From assembly GCA_050014195.1 (NCBI GenBank), contig JBEKDT010000003.1:32001-96000 (forward strand): a DNA stretch of 64,000 nucleotides. The letters run 5' to 3'. Below the pieces are notes generated by a model. That model made no database searches and had not been told where the DNA came from. It saw nothing but the letters and a program-made list of their open reading frames with translations. Both the position numbers and the translations under genes were made by a program. This stretch comes from Desulfomonilia bacterium (GTDB lineage Bacteria; Desulfobacterota; Desulfomonilia; UBA1062). Below, piece by piece: positions 49,793 through 59,832 of this stretch; within the stretch, counting starts at the first letter, position 1, and every line of letters begins with the position of its first letter.

Positions 49793-50960
49793 TTGCACAC
49801 CACCATTCGCGCAGTAAGGAGGAATTGAAACGGTATTCCTTCGGGTTATCGCTGTTATTTATGTAACCGTCGTGTTTCAGGGCATTCACTAAATCAGTGT
49901 AGGAATTTTCAAGGCCATATTTCACGGCACAATTGAAGATCTCGCTTGAGGGAATTCTCTTTTTCTCAGAGATTACATTGAGGAGCTCCTTGACAAAGGA
50001 GAATTCATTCGCCTTATATGCCTTTCTCAATCGGGCGAACCAGTGCTCAAAATATATGCGCTGCTTCAGGGCATTCTTTACCGCAGCATCGATATCGCCT
50101 TTGGTGATAACGGTCGAGCCCCGTTCCTCAATGATTTTATATGACTCATCAAGGATGATCTGAAAGTAGTAAGGTATCCACCATTCTGTAATTTCAAGAA
50201 GGTGTTCGAAGGCGTCCTCTTCGAGGGTAATTCCCGATCCATCGAAAATCATGTTTATTAATTTCTTCACTTCCTTTTTCGTCAAAGGCGGAACAGCTAT
50301 GGGGGCCAAATCGGCAACAAGGTTTACATGGTTCATCTTGCTGACAATGTTTTCAAGACCGATTGATCCTGCATAAATGAATTGCAGTTTATTTTGCATT
50401 ACAGGGTCCTGCCTGATTGATCTCTTGGTTTCCAGAAAGTGGATTGCCGCCCGCTCTCCTTCATCCTGCACGATATTTTCAACGGTTGAAGCAAACTCAT
50501 CAATGAGTACGATTATCTTGTCATCATTAAGGACCGCTTTCTGCATGAGCTTGCGCAATTCATCGCAGTAGTCAACAGAATTTCCCGGGTGGAATTTTAT
50601 CCCCTCAGGTCCGACAGACTCGATACATGAAGGAAATTTCTTTGCCAGTGTTTTGACAATCGCCGCATATCTCCTAAGAGTGGTCATTTCCCCCAGGATA
50701 TGGTGAAAGAGTTTCTTGTAGAATTCATTCTCATTGTTGACTGATTCGCTGATGTAGTAGGCGATGAGCAGCTTCTCTTTTGGATTATCAAAAAGATGAA
50801 AGAGGATGGATGATTTACCAACTCTCCGGGGAGCTACCAGCAGGAGGCTGCTGCCACCCTCGAGTTTCCTCCATATCTCGTTGGTAATGTTGGTACGAGG
50901 TAAATATTTCTCGCCCCGTGCTGCCTGCCCGATGACAACATTTAAAGCATTTTTGCTCAT
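49779..50960 (-). CDS. AAA/archaeal-type P-loop ATPase; overlaps the downstream STAND-like gene
   Basis: GQAARGE, APRRVGKSS Walker A, IIVLIDEF Walker B, PYY.Q, C-terminal YRF.S.LLREWW. Confidence 0.85.
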   Translation of the reverse strand: MSKNALNVVIGQAARGEKYLPRTNITNEIWRKLEGGSSLLLVAPRRVGKSSILFHLFDNPKEKLLIAYYISESVNNENEFYKKLFHHILGEMTTLRRYAAIVKTLAKKFPSCIESVGPEGIKFHPGNSVDYCDELRKLMQKAVLNDDKIIVLIDEFASTVENIVQDEGERAAIHFLETKRSIRQDPVMQNKLQFIYAGSIGLENIVSKMNHVNLVADLAPIAVPPLTKKEVKKLINMIFDGSGITLEEDAFEHLLEITEWWIPYYFQIILDESYKIIEERGSTVITKGDIDAAVKNALKQRIYFEHWFARLRKAYKANEFSFVKELLNVISEKKRIPSSEIFNCAVKYGLENSYTDLVNALKHDGYINNSDNPKEYRFNSSLLREWWCANVAN

Positions 50961-51193
50961 AACCACCCCCCAAAAACTCTCTTCATGTTTCAACTACATG
51001 GCAAAATATATTTTGTCAAGTATTATGACAAAAATTATTTTGTCATAGTGAGAGAGCCTCGTGGTCCTGTCGTGGACTTAGTGCAGGTGATAGGATAAGC
51101 TGAAGAGGCGAGTAATCTTGGACGCCGGACAGGGAATTCCGTGGACACAATACCTCACTCACTGCTGAAAGACCCTATGTGATATCTTTTCTT

Positions 51194-51730
51194 TTATCCG
51201 GATTCTTCCGGGATAAAGCCTATGCGCGGTTTCCTCTTTGCATGTCCAGGCTTCATCAATTGCTTCATGAGATTCACCATGGAGAGGATCTGTTCGTCGT
51301 GGTCGGCCAGCCTTATTTCCATCTTGTAGATCCTGCTTGAGAGCTCCTTGTGTTCTCCAATGACCCGGCGCAGTTTTACAAAGGCCCGTACGATGAAAAC
51401 GCTCACCTCTACGGCTTTTGCAGAATTGAGCACGCTGGCGGCCATGATGGAACCATGCTCCGTGAATACATACGGGAGGGACTTGGAAAATTTCAGGCCT
51501 TCGAGGTGGCCGCAGCTTGCGACCAGCAGTGCCTTTTCTTCAGGCGTGAGCTGAAACATGAAATCATGGGGGAAGCGTTCTTTGTTTCTCTTCACCTGTT
51601 CGTTCAGGCGCTTTGTGGGCACGCCGTACAACTCGGCCAGGTCCGAGTCTATGATGACCTTTTCGCCGCGTATGAACAGGATGCGCTCCTCGATTATGCC
51701 GACCCTTACTACCTCATTCTCTGGAGACAT
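51194..51730 (-). CDS. ORF6N (KilA-N-like) DNA-binding domain protein
   Basis: IRGEKVIIDSDLAELYGVPTKRLNEQVKRNKERFP.DFMFQLT, PYVFTEHG, C-terminal RIGF. Confidence 0.9.
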   Translation of the reverse strand: MSPENEVVRVGIIEERILFIRGEKVIIDSDLAELYGVPTKRLNEQVKRNKERFPHDFMFQLTPEEKALLVASCGHLEGLKFSKSLPYVFTEHGSIMAASVLNSAKAVEVSVFIVRAFVKLRRVIGEHKELSSRIYKMEIRLADHDEQILSMVNLMKQLMKPGHAKRKPRIGFIPEESG

Positions 51731-51753
51731 CGTGCCTCACTCCTTAAGGGAGA

Positions 51754-51796
51754 TTTCATAGGGGGTGGTCGCATTTTGCGACCACCCCCTATGAAA
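51754..51796. promoter_or_regulatory. Perfect 20-bp inverted repeat upstream of ORF6N (operator and/or terminator)
   Basis: tttcatagggggtggtcgca-ttt-tgcgaccaccccctatgaaa. Confidence 0.7.
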
Positions 51797-51882
51797 AGCA
51801 GACCTTTGTATTATGCTTAAAACTTCCGGCCGATGCCGTACCATTATCAGCAGGATGTCGGGTTTGTCAAAGAGGGGATAAA

Positions 51883-52809
51883 TCAGTTTCTTCGCTCTCC
51901 TCCGCCTCTACCGCCGCCTCCCGGGGGCGGGCTGATCCAACCACCGCCGTGAGGGGTCGGGCTGCCCATTCTGCCGCTTGGCACTCCTTGAGCATGCGGT
52001 GCATTAAAGATCGTCCTTTCACTCCTTGGAATCCCCGTAGGGATAGAATCCATATGCCGGGGCATGCCTATGCCGCCGAATGTTTTCCCCTTAAATCTTG
52101 CCACGGGGTCGATCCTGAAGGCATGATGGGATCCGTGTTCATGGAAATGATTGGTGATGACCACTACCTTGTTATGCCGGTGCATAATCCGATGGAAATC
52201 GTGCAGGATGAAGAATCCGGGGAACCACAGATCCGACCACCAGAACGGGCAAGGAACCCAGGTATACAAATCATAGTAATCCGGCGGAGGACAGTAGTAG
52301 GTGACCACCGGCGGACCTTCCTCTGTATAGCTGTCGTTTACCACCGCAGGGTTCGGGTAATTCGCGCAGCTTGCAGGGTTAGGCTGGTAGTTTGTTCCGG
52401 CAATGAAAGGTCTGAGAGACAAGCCAAGGCCGACCGTAACAGTATTGAACTTCTTCAGGGCATCTTCCTTGCTCATCGAAAGCTTGCCGGCAGCAGCGGC
52501 TTCAGCAAGTGAATTTTGCAGCTCAACGATAATGTCGGGAGTAACCGGATAATCGGCAATCCACCCATTCCGCGGAGCAATGCCGAGCTCTCCCAGAGAG
52601 CTCTCGGCCTCGGCCTCGTCATCGGTATTTACCACGGCCAATGCAGACGCCAGCTCGACTGCGAAGCCGCCTTCATTTATCAACGGCTGGCTCACGGGCG
52701 GAGCGCCCGGGTCTGACTGCTCCGATTGCGCAAGGATCATTACAGGCATCAAGAGCAGAAACAAGCTGATCATACATATTCCCGCATCTCTCGATGGTCG
52801 CATGTGCAT
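51883..52809 (-). CDS. Uncharacterised secreted protein with a Gly/Pro/Arg-rich tail (paralog 2)
   Basis: Signal peptide; shares GIAPRNGWIADYPVTPD and GPPVVTYY.PPPDY..LY.WVPCPFWW with 52843-53820. Confidence 0.8.
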   Translation of the reverse strand: MHMRPSRDAGICMISLFLLLMPVMILAQSEQSDPGAPPVSQPLINEGGFAVELASALAVVNTDDEAEAESSLGELGIAPRNGWIADYPVTPDIIVELQNSLAEAAAAGKLSMSKEDALKKFNTVTVGLGLSLRPFIAGTNYQPNPASCANYPNPAVVNDSYTEEGPPVVTYYCPPPDYYDLYTWVPCPFWWSDLWFPGFFILHDFHRIMHRHNKVVVITNHFHEHGSHHAFRIDPVARFKGKTFGGIGMPRHMDSIPTGIPRSERTIFNAPHAQGVPSGRMGSPTPHGGGWISPPPGGGGRGGGERRN

Positions 52810-52842
52810 ATCATCCTTCTCCTTATATACGCTCCAACACTT

Positions 52843-53820
52843 TTATCGTTTTTTTATGAACCCCCTGCCGAAAGAACCTCTGCCTCCACCGGAGGGCGAG
52901 CCGGTCGTTCTCTCCCTGGACATCATTCGTGTGCGGGTCCCGTTAAAAATGGTCCTTTCGCTTCTCGGAACCCCCGTAGAGATATAGTTACCTCTATTAC
53001 TATTAGGAGTGCCTCTACCGGTAACGGTTCTTCCATTATGAGAAGCACCTGTACCAGCAACGGTTCTCCCAGTATGAGGAGCACCTATGCCGGCATAGGA
53101 TCTTCCATTGAATCTCGATATGGCATCGACACGAAAAACCCTATGATCTCTTATATCATTGAAATGATTCGTTATGAATACCGCCCTATGATTCACGTAT
53201 TCGATCCTGTGGAAATCATGGAGGATGAAAAATCCGGCAAACCAGAAATCGACCCACCAGAACGGACAGGGGACCCATGAGTACAGGTAATCATAGTCAG
53301 GAGGTGGTGCGTAGTATGTCACTACCGGAGGGCCTTGGTTGGAATAATAGTTGTTTATCACTGTTTGATCGGGTGATTGCCCGGGACCCGATGGGCGGGG
53401 TTGATTGGAGGCATAAGGCCTTATGGATAAATTGAGGTCCGCTACTGTGTCTTGGAATATATGCAGGGCCTCATCTCTTTCGTCGGGTAGCCTTTGGGCA
53501 ATCGCGGCATCACTCACTGATTTTTGTAACTCGGTGATGACGTCGGGGGTAACCGGGTAATCGGCGATCCACCCATTACGCGGTGCGATGCCGACCTCAC
53601 CGAGTCGGCTCTCGGCTTCAACTTCATCCTGGGTTGATCCGAGGCCCAATGCGGTATCCAGCTTGATCGCAAAGTCTCCTTCACGGACCAGCTGCTGTGC
53701 CAACGGAGGCGAGGCCGGTGCTGTCTGATCCAATTGTGCATGAATCATTGCCGGCATCAGAAACAAAAGACACAGACTGACAATACATGATCCCTTATAC
53801 CTGAAAGGCAACCGTTTCAT
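52843..53820 (-). CDS. Uncharacterised secreted protein with a Gly/Arg-rich tail (paralog 1)
   Basis: Signal peptide, AGGAG RBS; same conserved motifs as its neighbour. Confidence 0.8.
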   Translation of the reverse strand: MKRLPFRYKGSCIVSLCLLFLMPAMIHAQLDQTAPASPPLAQQLVREGDFAIKLDTALGLGSTQDEVEAESRLGEVGIAPRNGWIADYPVTPDVITELQKSVSDAAIAQRLPDERDEALHIFQDTVADLNLSIRPYASNQPRPSGPGQSPDQTVINNYYSNQGPPVVTYYAPPPDYDYLYSWVPCPFWWVDFWFAGFFILHDFHRIEYVNHRAVFITNHFNDIRDHRVFRVDAISRFNGRSYAGIGAPHTGRTVAGTGASHNGRTVTGRGTPNSNRGNYISTGVPRSERTIFNGTRTRMMSRERTTGSPSGGGRGSFGRGFIKKR

Positions 53821-53993
53821 TGAACTTCTCCTTTCATCTTTCGCTCTCTCTATATATAGTCTGGGCTCTGAAAATTCCAGTCCCCGTGATCAGGAGAATC
53901 AGGAAATACATTGCCGATTATCTTCATCCGCAATGAATATTCCTGCGATCTCATCTGGGTATAGTCAAAAGATGAAGGGGACCATGGCCTTCC

Positions 53994-54995
53994 CTAGCCG
54001 GCCACCTTGAGCACGATCTTCCCGATGTGCATGCCGCTTTCCATGAGCCGGTGTGCCTCACCGGCTTCAGCCAGCGGAAAGACCTTGTGTATCACCGGGC
54101 CGCAGCGGCCTGCATCCAGAACCGGCCACACCGATTCATGCAGCTCGCTCGCGATCCTCCCCTTCTCGGCAGTGGTGCGCGGCCGCATCATGGAACCGGT
54201 TATGACCAGCCGGTGAGACATCACGTGCATGAGGTCGATCTCGACCATTGATCCCTTCATAACGGAGATCTGCACCAGCCGCCCGTCCATGGCAAGGCAA
54301 CCAAGATTGCGCTGCGTGTTCGGAGCGCCTACGATATCGAGCACCACATCAACGCCCCTGTCTCCAACAAGCCCGCGGAGCGCTTCCGCAAAATCCGTCT
54401 CGCGATAGTTGATGGCAGCGTCTGCGCCGAGTTTCACGCAGGCGTCGCATTTCTCCCTGTTCCCTTCCGTAACAAAGACGCGGCTGCCGAATTCACGCGC
54501 GAGCTGTATGGCCGTGATACCGATGCCGCCCGCCCCCCCGTGCACGAGCACCGACTCACCCCTCGTAAGCCTGCCGATCTGGAACAGGTTCGCCCAGACC
54601 GTGAAGTATGTCTCGGGAAGCGCTGCCGCCCGGATTGCATCATAGCCTTTCGGCCAGGGCAGGCACTGCGGAGAAGGGGCGACACAGTATTCGGCGTAGC
54701 CGCCGCCGTTGGTAAGGGCGCAAACCATTTCGCCCGGTTTCACTGACTTTACCGTCCGGCCCACGGCCGCTACCTGGCCCGCCACATCCAGGCCGATCAC
54801 CGGACTGACACCTTCCGGCAGGGGGTAGACGCCCATGCGCTGCAGAACATCCGGATAATTCACGCCTGCAGCCAGCACCCGGATGAGAACCTCGTCGTCC
54901 CCGGGCTGCGGCACCGGCCCGGTGCCCAGCCGCATGACCTCAGGTCCGCCCGGCTTGAGCGTTTCAATGAAATTCATCCGTTCCGGCATCTTCAT
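53994..54995 (-). CDS. NAD(P)H:quinone oxidoreductase (PIG3/zeta-crystallin family)
   Basis: AAGVNYPD.LQR.G.YP, AAALPET.FTVW.N, HGGAGGIG, HIGKIVL. Confidence 0.92.
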   Translation of the reverse strand: MKMPERMNFIETLKPGGPEVMRLGTGPVPQPGDDEVLIRVLAAGVNYPDVLQRMGVYPLPEGVSPVIGLDVAGQVAAVGRTVKSVKPGEMVCALTNGGGYAEYCVAPSPQCLPWPKGYDAIRAAALPETYFTVWANLFQIGRLTRGESVLVHGGAGGIGITAIQLAREFGSRVFVTEGNREKCDACVKLGADAAINYRETDFAEALRGLVGDRGVDVVLDIVGAPNTQRNLGCLAMDGRLVQISVMKGSMVEIDLMHVMSHRLVITGSMMRPRTTAEKGRIASELHESVWPVLDAGRCGPVIHKVFPLAEAGEAHRLMESGMHIGKIVLKVAG

Positions 54996-55296
54996 GGTTC
55001 ATCCTCCTTCAGACCGGGGATTACCGCTGACGAGAATTTTTTCGCTCATCATGGCCGTTCTCCTTTCCTGGATATTAAGAGATTGGTCTCCCTTTTCAAT
55101 ATGGTCCGGGCAGATTATTATCCAGATATTGACATGGTGATTTAGTGGATTATATTCTAAAGAAGGCTGCAAAAAATTTTACCCATTAAATGCTATAAAA
55201 TGCAATTCGTGTTTTGCTTTGGATTTCAAAGAGAATAATACCAGCACATATTTTTATCGTTGCTTAGCTACCATGACAAATCAGGGAGGGTATATC

Positions 55297-56571
55297 ATGA
55301 AAAAAACCGGAATAAAGTACACATTGGCATTTGTTCTCATTATTGCAGCCCTGTTCGCCAATACAACATATGCATATGATGCAACAGGACGCCAGCTTGC
55401 GCAGAATGCGATAGCATCATTGCAATCCGTTGCAACGACCTCAACGACGAAGAATGTTGCGTGGCTAAACTGGTCATGGTTTGAGGTGAACTTCTATGAT
55501 GGAAAATATCCATATCCAATAACTGTGGATGTTCTCGGCAGCAACCTCGCCAGTGCAAAGAAGGTTATCTACCTGCTCCCGGGTGGAGGCGGCAATTTCA
55601 GTGCAAGTTTCTTTACGCCTATGGACAACAATCTCGCCCAATTCTTTCGCCAGGCCGGATTCCTCGTGATAGGTATAACGCCCAGGGAAGACAATGCACC
55701 ACCAGGAAATTATATGGCAGATTGGGGGATGGCAGCGCACAAAGCTGATATCCAGGAGATCATCGGGATAATCCAGGCGAAGATCAAGCTACCCTACTGG
55801 GTGCTGGGCCACTCCTTCGGCGCAGCATATGCTCTTGATTATTCAAGTACCTGCAGTGATGATCTTTTCAAAAAGGTCATCGCGCTCGATATCTACAGTT
55901 TTGATCCAGCAAAGGTCCCGGACATGGTCACCGATGCAGAGATAACATATGAAGCGTTTGTGGATTTGATCATCAATGAAGGCCAGTATGCAGACACAAC
56001 CTTTTCGGATTTTAAGTCATTGATGTTTATATCCTTGCTTTTCCCAAAATCAGATTCCGGTGAGTTACGGCCGATCGGTGGCGACTTTACGTATGAGGGG
56101 CTGCTCTACTTTTCAATGATCGACAGCTATCTGCTCCCGGGGATTCATACACCGCTTACCGGTCTGGCGAATGACTGGCCTTTGGTTCAGAGTTATGTAG
56201 CAGGGAAATACATATTTGCGGCTAATCCATTGGCTGATATGTACAGGTTGACTCATTCAGATATATGCACATTGAGGACTGCTATTTTCAAGCTTGGGAG
56301 CGGCTTGACTCCATGCGCCGTGTACCGCGATTATTTCGCAGTGAATGCCTATAATGGCGCCTATACAATCAATTGGTCAGGGATTCGTGTCCCGGTCTTA
56401 TGGGTGAATTCGCGGCTCGGGTATGGTGGGAATACCTATGGTGCAACCCTGATTAAGAACTCTGGAAACACGAATGTCAAGGTACCACAGAGTATTCCCG
56501 GATACGGACATTTAGATCTTCTCTTCAGCAACACTGCCCAAGGAGATGTCTGGAACTTGTTCCTGAAATAG
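55297..56571 (+). CDS. Secreted alpha/beta-hydrolase fold protein
   Basis: Signal peptide, LLPGG, GHSFG nucleophile elbow, GYGHLD catalytic His. Confidence 0.78.
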   Translation: MKKTGIKYTLAFVLIIAALFANTTYAYDATGRQLAQNAIASLQSVATTSTTKNVAWLNWSWFEVNFYDGKYPYPITVDVLGSNLASAKKVIYLLPGGGGNFSASFFTPMDNNLAQFFRQAGFLVIGITPREDNAPPGNYMADWGMAAHKADIQEIIGIIQAKIKLPYWVLGHSFGAAYALDYSSTCSDDLFKKVIALDIYSFDPAKVPDMVTDAEITYEAFVDLIINEGQYADTTFSDFKSLMFISLLFPKSDSGELRPIGGDFTYEGLLYFSMIDSYLLPGIHTPLTGLANDWPLVQSYVAGKYIFAANPLADMYRLTHSDICTLRTAIFKLGSGLTPCAVYRDYFAVNAYNGAYTINWSGIRVPVLWVNSRLGYGGNTYGATLIKNSGNTNVKVPQSIPGYGHLDLLFSNTAQGDVWNLFLK

Positions 56572-56600
56572 GTGAATTCAGATCCAGGCATTAAATAAAA

Positions 56601-56634
56601 AGATTGAGGGAGGGCCTTCGCCCTCCCTCAATCT
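56601..56634. terminator. Intrinsic terminator hairpin between convergent genes
   Basis: agattgagggaggg-ccttcg-ccctccctcaatct, preceded by an A-run (U-tract on the minus strand). Confidence 0.8.
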
Positions 56635-56655
56635 CATTCTAGAAGATATCTTTTG

Positions 56656-58371
56656 CTACTCGTTCATTGCGTACTCGCCGTTCAAAACAGACACATACTT
56701 CTCCCAGACCTTGTTGTACTGCTCGGGGTTCGATACGCCCTTGATGAGCATGATCTTTGTGCAGTATTCGCGCTGAGCGTCCTTGGAGTTGTGGTTGCCG
56801 TAGATCTGCAGGGCGAAATGGGCAAAGTCGCGCACCATGAAGTCGAAGATCTGGTTGATGATGTCCGGGTCCACCTTGTCGAACTTGGCCTGCTCTAAGA
56901 TGAGCTGGCCGTAGACCACGATGGAGAACATCTCGCCCACGGGCAGGGACCACGAGGGAGCCATGTCCTGGGCCTTGTCCGGGCCGGCCTTTTCCAGCAT
57001 CTCCTTGAAGATCTCGATCTGCTTGATGAAGGTGGCCACGTTCGGCAGGCCCTTGTTGGCCTCGAACACGGGCTTGTAGTCGTGGAACTGGACCGAGCCC
57101 AGGCCCTTGGTGGGGCCCTGGTTGAACAGGAACGAGTCGTCCTTCAGCGAGAAGTCGGGTGCCGCAGGGGCGTACTCGGCCGGGGTGAAGAAATAGTTCT
57201 TCATGAACTTTCTGATGAGCTGCACGTTCACGTGCACCGTGCCCTCGAGCTTGGACGGGCCGCGCACGTCGGCGGCGGCCATGTGGAAGTAGGTGTCCTT
57301 CTCGAAGCCCTTGGCGGCTATCACATCCCAGAGCAGGTTGATGACGTCTTCGGACTGCAGGGTCACCTTCATCTTGCTCGTGGGGTTGTAGAGCAGGTAG
57401 CGCCTGTCACTGGCGCTCGCACCCCTGAAGTAGTCGGTGGAGCGGCGCTGGTACATCTTCATGGCCACGAGCCGCAGCCAGGCGTCCATGAAGTTCTTGC
57501 GCACGTGGGGCATGTCGGTTACCTTCATGCCGTAGAGGATGCGGTTCGATGCGTGTGTGATGGCCTCGTAGAAGCAGTGCTCGGCAACGCCGATGGATGC
57601 CGGGCCGATGTTGAACTTGCCGATGTTTACGGTATTGAGCGCCGAGTCCCACGCATGGGGGCCCCGGGAGAGGATGTCGTCTTCGGTGATTGGGTAGTCG
57701 TGGAGCGCGAAGTTGGAAACGTACTCCTGGTGGCTGATGACGTTCTTCTTGAGCTCATAGGCCTTGTGGCGGTAGTTGGTGGAGAAGAAGGTGTAGTCGT
57801 CGGTGCCGTCCTTGACCTTGCCCAGGGTGGAGACCATCTCGGCCTCGTTGCCGTTGCCGATGTAGTACTTCTCGCCGTTGGCGACAAACGTGCCGTCACC
57901 CTTGGGGGTGAGAGTCGTCTCGGTGGAGTAGATGTCTGCGCCGTGGGTGCGCTCGGAAAGCCCGAAGGCGAAGATGGCGCCTCCCTTGAGCAGCTGTGCG
58001 GCCCTCTTCTTGGCCTTCTCGTTGGGGCTCATCCAGATGGGGCCCAGGCCCAATATGGTCACCTGGAAGCAGTACCAGTATCCCAGCCCGTAGAAGGCCA
58101 GCAGCTCGGAATACTCGCTGTTGCGCGCCGTGTCCCAGCGGGCATCCGGATCGTCCTCGGCATACTGTTTGGGGGTAAGCAGCTTGAAGAATATCCGTTC
58201 CCGTGCGAGAAAATCGATGAACTCCCGGTACCAGATCTTCTTGTTGTAGTCGTCGAGCAGCCTCTGCTTGCCCATGTTCTCGAAGAAGACAATAGTCTTG
58301 TCCATGATGGCCTTTGACCCTTCATCGGCCATAAGGCTCTTATACTTCTTGGGCTGGATCAGATAATTCAT
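56656..58371 (-). CDS. Acyl-CoA dehydrogenase family protein
   Basis: FAFGLSE..HGAD, NGEKYYIGNG, AAKGFE, LEGT; probable start MNYLIQPKK. Confidence 0.9.
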   Translation of the reverse strand: MNYLIQPKKYKSLMADEGSKAIMDKTIVFFENMGKQRLLDDYNKKIWYREFIDFLARERIFFKLLTPKQYAEDDPDARWDTARNSEYSELLAFYGLGYWYCFQVTILGLGPIWMSPNEKAKKRAAQLLKGGAIFAFGLSERTHGADIYSTETTLTPKGDGTFVANGEKYYIGNGNEAEMVSTLGKVKDGTDDYTFFSTNYRHKAYELKKNVISHQEYVSNFALHDYPITEDDILSRGPHAWDSALNTVNIGKFNIGPASIGVAEHCFYEAITHASNRILYGMKVTDMPHVRKNFMDAWLRLVAMKMYQRRSTDYFRGASASDRRYLLYNPTSKMKVTLQSEDVINLLWDVIAAKGFEKDTYFHMAAADVRGPSKLEGTVHVNVQLIRKFMKNYFFTPAEYAPAAPDFSLKDDSFLFNQGPTKGLGSVQFHDYKPVFEANKGLPNVATFIKQIEIFKEMLEKAGPDKAQDMAPSWSLPVGEMFSIVVYGQLILEQAKFDKVDPDIINQIFDFMVRDFAHFALQIYGNHNSKDAQREYCTKIMLIKGVSNPEQYNKVWEKYVSVLNGEYAMNE

Positions 58372-58639
58372 ACGTATATGTCTCTCCTTTCCTGATTTTT
58401 CTCCTGAGTTTTTAAACGCGGTGCTCCCGAGCAGAACTTTTATCGGAGACAATTGCGTCTTCTTTTCATACACGAACACATGCAAAAAGAAAATCCCTTT
58501 CGTGAAATGGGCATTAACCATACTTTTACCGTCGGGTCTTATGGTCCGTCATTCCACTATGACCTTGATGTCTTCGGAAAAAAAAGGTACTCCTGAAAAA
58601 AGGCATCCGGTACGGTTTCCCAAACCGCAGGGGTTAGGT

Positions 58640-59815
58640 ATGAAGATATTGATCGTTGATCCTATAGGCGGGATCAGTGGGGACATGCTCTTAGGCGGTC
58701 TCGTGCACCTCGGGTGCCCCACCGAATACCTTGAGGAAATCTTCGGCAAGCTTACTATCGAACCGTTTTCCATGCACACGAAAGAGGATTCCATAAACGG
58801 CATCTCCTGCATCGGCCTCAGGTTCGACATACCGGAGTCTCGCGAGGGCAGGACCTATGCCTCTATCCGGGATACTATTCTTCCCGGGCTTCCCGAGGCG
58901 GTCCGGTTCAAGGCGGAAAAGGTCTTCCAGGCACTGGCTCAGGCTGAGTCCGGGGTCCACGGGTGTGCGGTAGAAGATGTTCATTTCCATGAGATCGGGG
59001 CCCTTGACTCCATCCTCGATATCACAGGCATAGCAGCAGCTCTCGATTATCTCGGCGTGGAAACTCTCTATTCTAGGCCCGTTCCGCTCGGCAGCGGTTT
59101 GACGAATTCACTTCACGGAATGATCCCGGTACCAGCACCTGCCACGGTGAAGCTGCTGGAGGGTATCAAGGTGAGGCCCTCTGCCATAGAGGCCGAGCTT
59201 ACTACGCCTACGGGGGCGGCAGTGCTTAAGGCCCTGGCGGAAAGAGGCGAGCCTCCTGAAGTGCTCGTCATCAAATCGGTGGGCTATGGGTGCGGCAGCA
59301 AGAGGTTCGAGAACTGGCCCAACCTCTGCCGTGTCATGCTCTGTGATGCCGATACCACCCTTGATTCAGAGAGCATATTCAAGGTTGAAGCGGATATAGA
59401 TGACATGATGCCGGAGGATGCCGTAGCGGCCCTGGATAGGATTATGGACGCCGGGGCCAGGGACGTGGGCATCAACCCGAGGATCATGAAGCGGGGCAGG
59501 CCCGGCTTTACCATTTCGGCATTATGCGAAGAAGCGGATCTTCAGGATGTGCTTTCTGCATTCCTCATGCATACTTCCACCATCGGCGTGCGGTATCATC
59601 CGATCCGGCGCCTCATCCTGCCAAGGCATCAATACCGGGTAAAAACCAGGTATGGTGAAGTGAGCATCAAAGAGGTGGTTCTGCCTGATGGAACACGCAG
59701 AACCAAGCCTGAATATACTGACCTCTTTGACATTTCATTAAGGACAGGCATCCCGATAACCGAGCTCAGGGATGAGGTGAAAAGGGTGATGCAGGAAAAT
59801 AAGCAGGAGGCATAA
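58640..59815 (+). CDS. larC: Nickel-pincer cofactor nickel insertase LarC
   Basis: GISGDMLLG, VHFHEIGALDSILDI, HG.IPVPAPAT, ELTTPTGAA, MKRGRPG, KPEY.D. Confidence 0.92.
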   Translation: MKILIVDPIGGISGDMLLGGLVHLGCPTEYLEEIFGKLTIEPFSMHTKEDSINGISCIGLRFDIPESREGRTYASIRDTILPGLPEAVRFKAEKVFQALAQAESGVHGCAVEDVHFHEIGALDSILDITGIAAALDYLGVETLYSRPVPLGSGLTNSLHGMIPVPAPATVKLLEGIKVRPSAIEAELTTPTGAAVLKALAERGEPPEVLVIKSVGYGCGSKRFENWPNLCRVMLCDADTTLDSESIFKVEADIDDMMPEDAVAALDRIMDAGARDVGINPRIMKRGRPGFTISALCEEADLQDVLSAFLMHTSTIGVRYHPIRRLILPRHQYRVKTRYGEVSIKEVVLPDGTRRTKPEYTDLFDISLRTGIPITELRDEVKRVMQENKQEA

Positions 59816-59832
59816 CTGTTCCGGGAGGGGCC

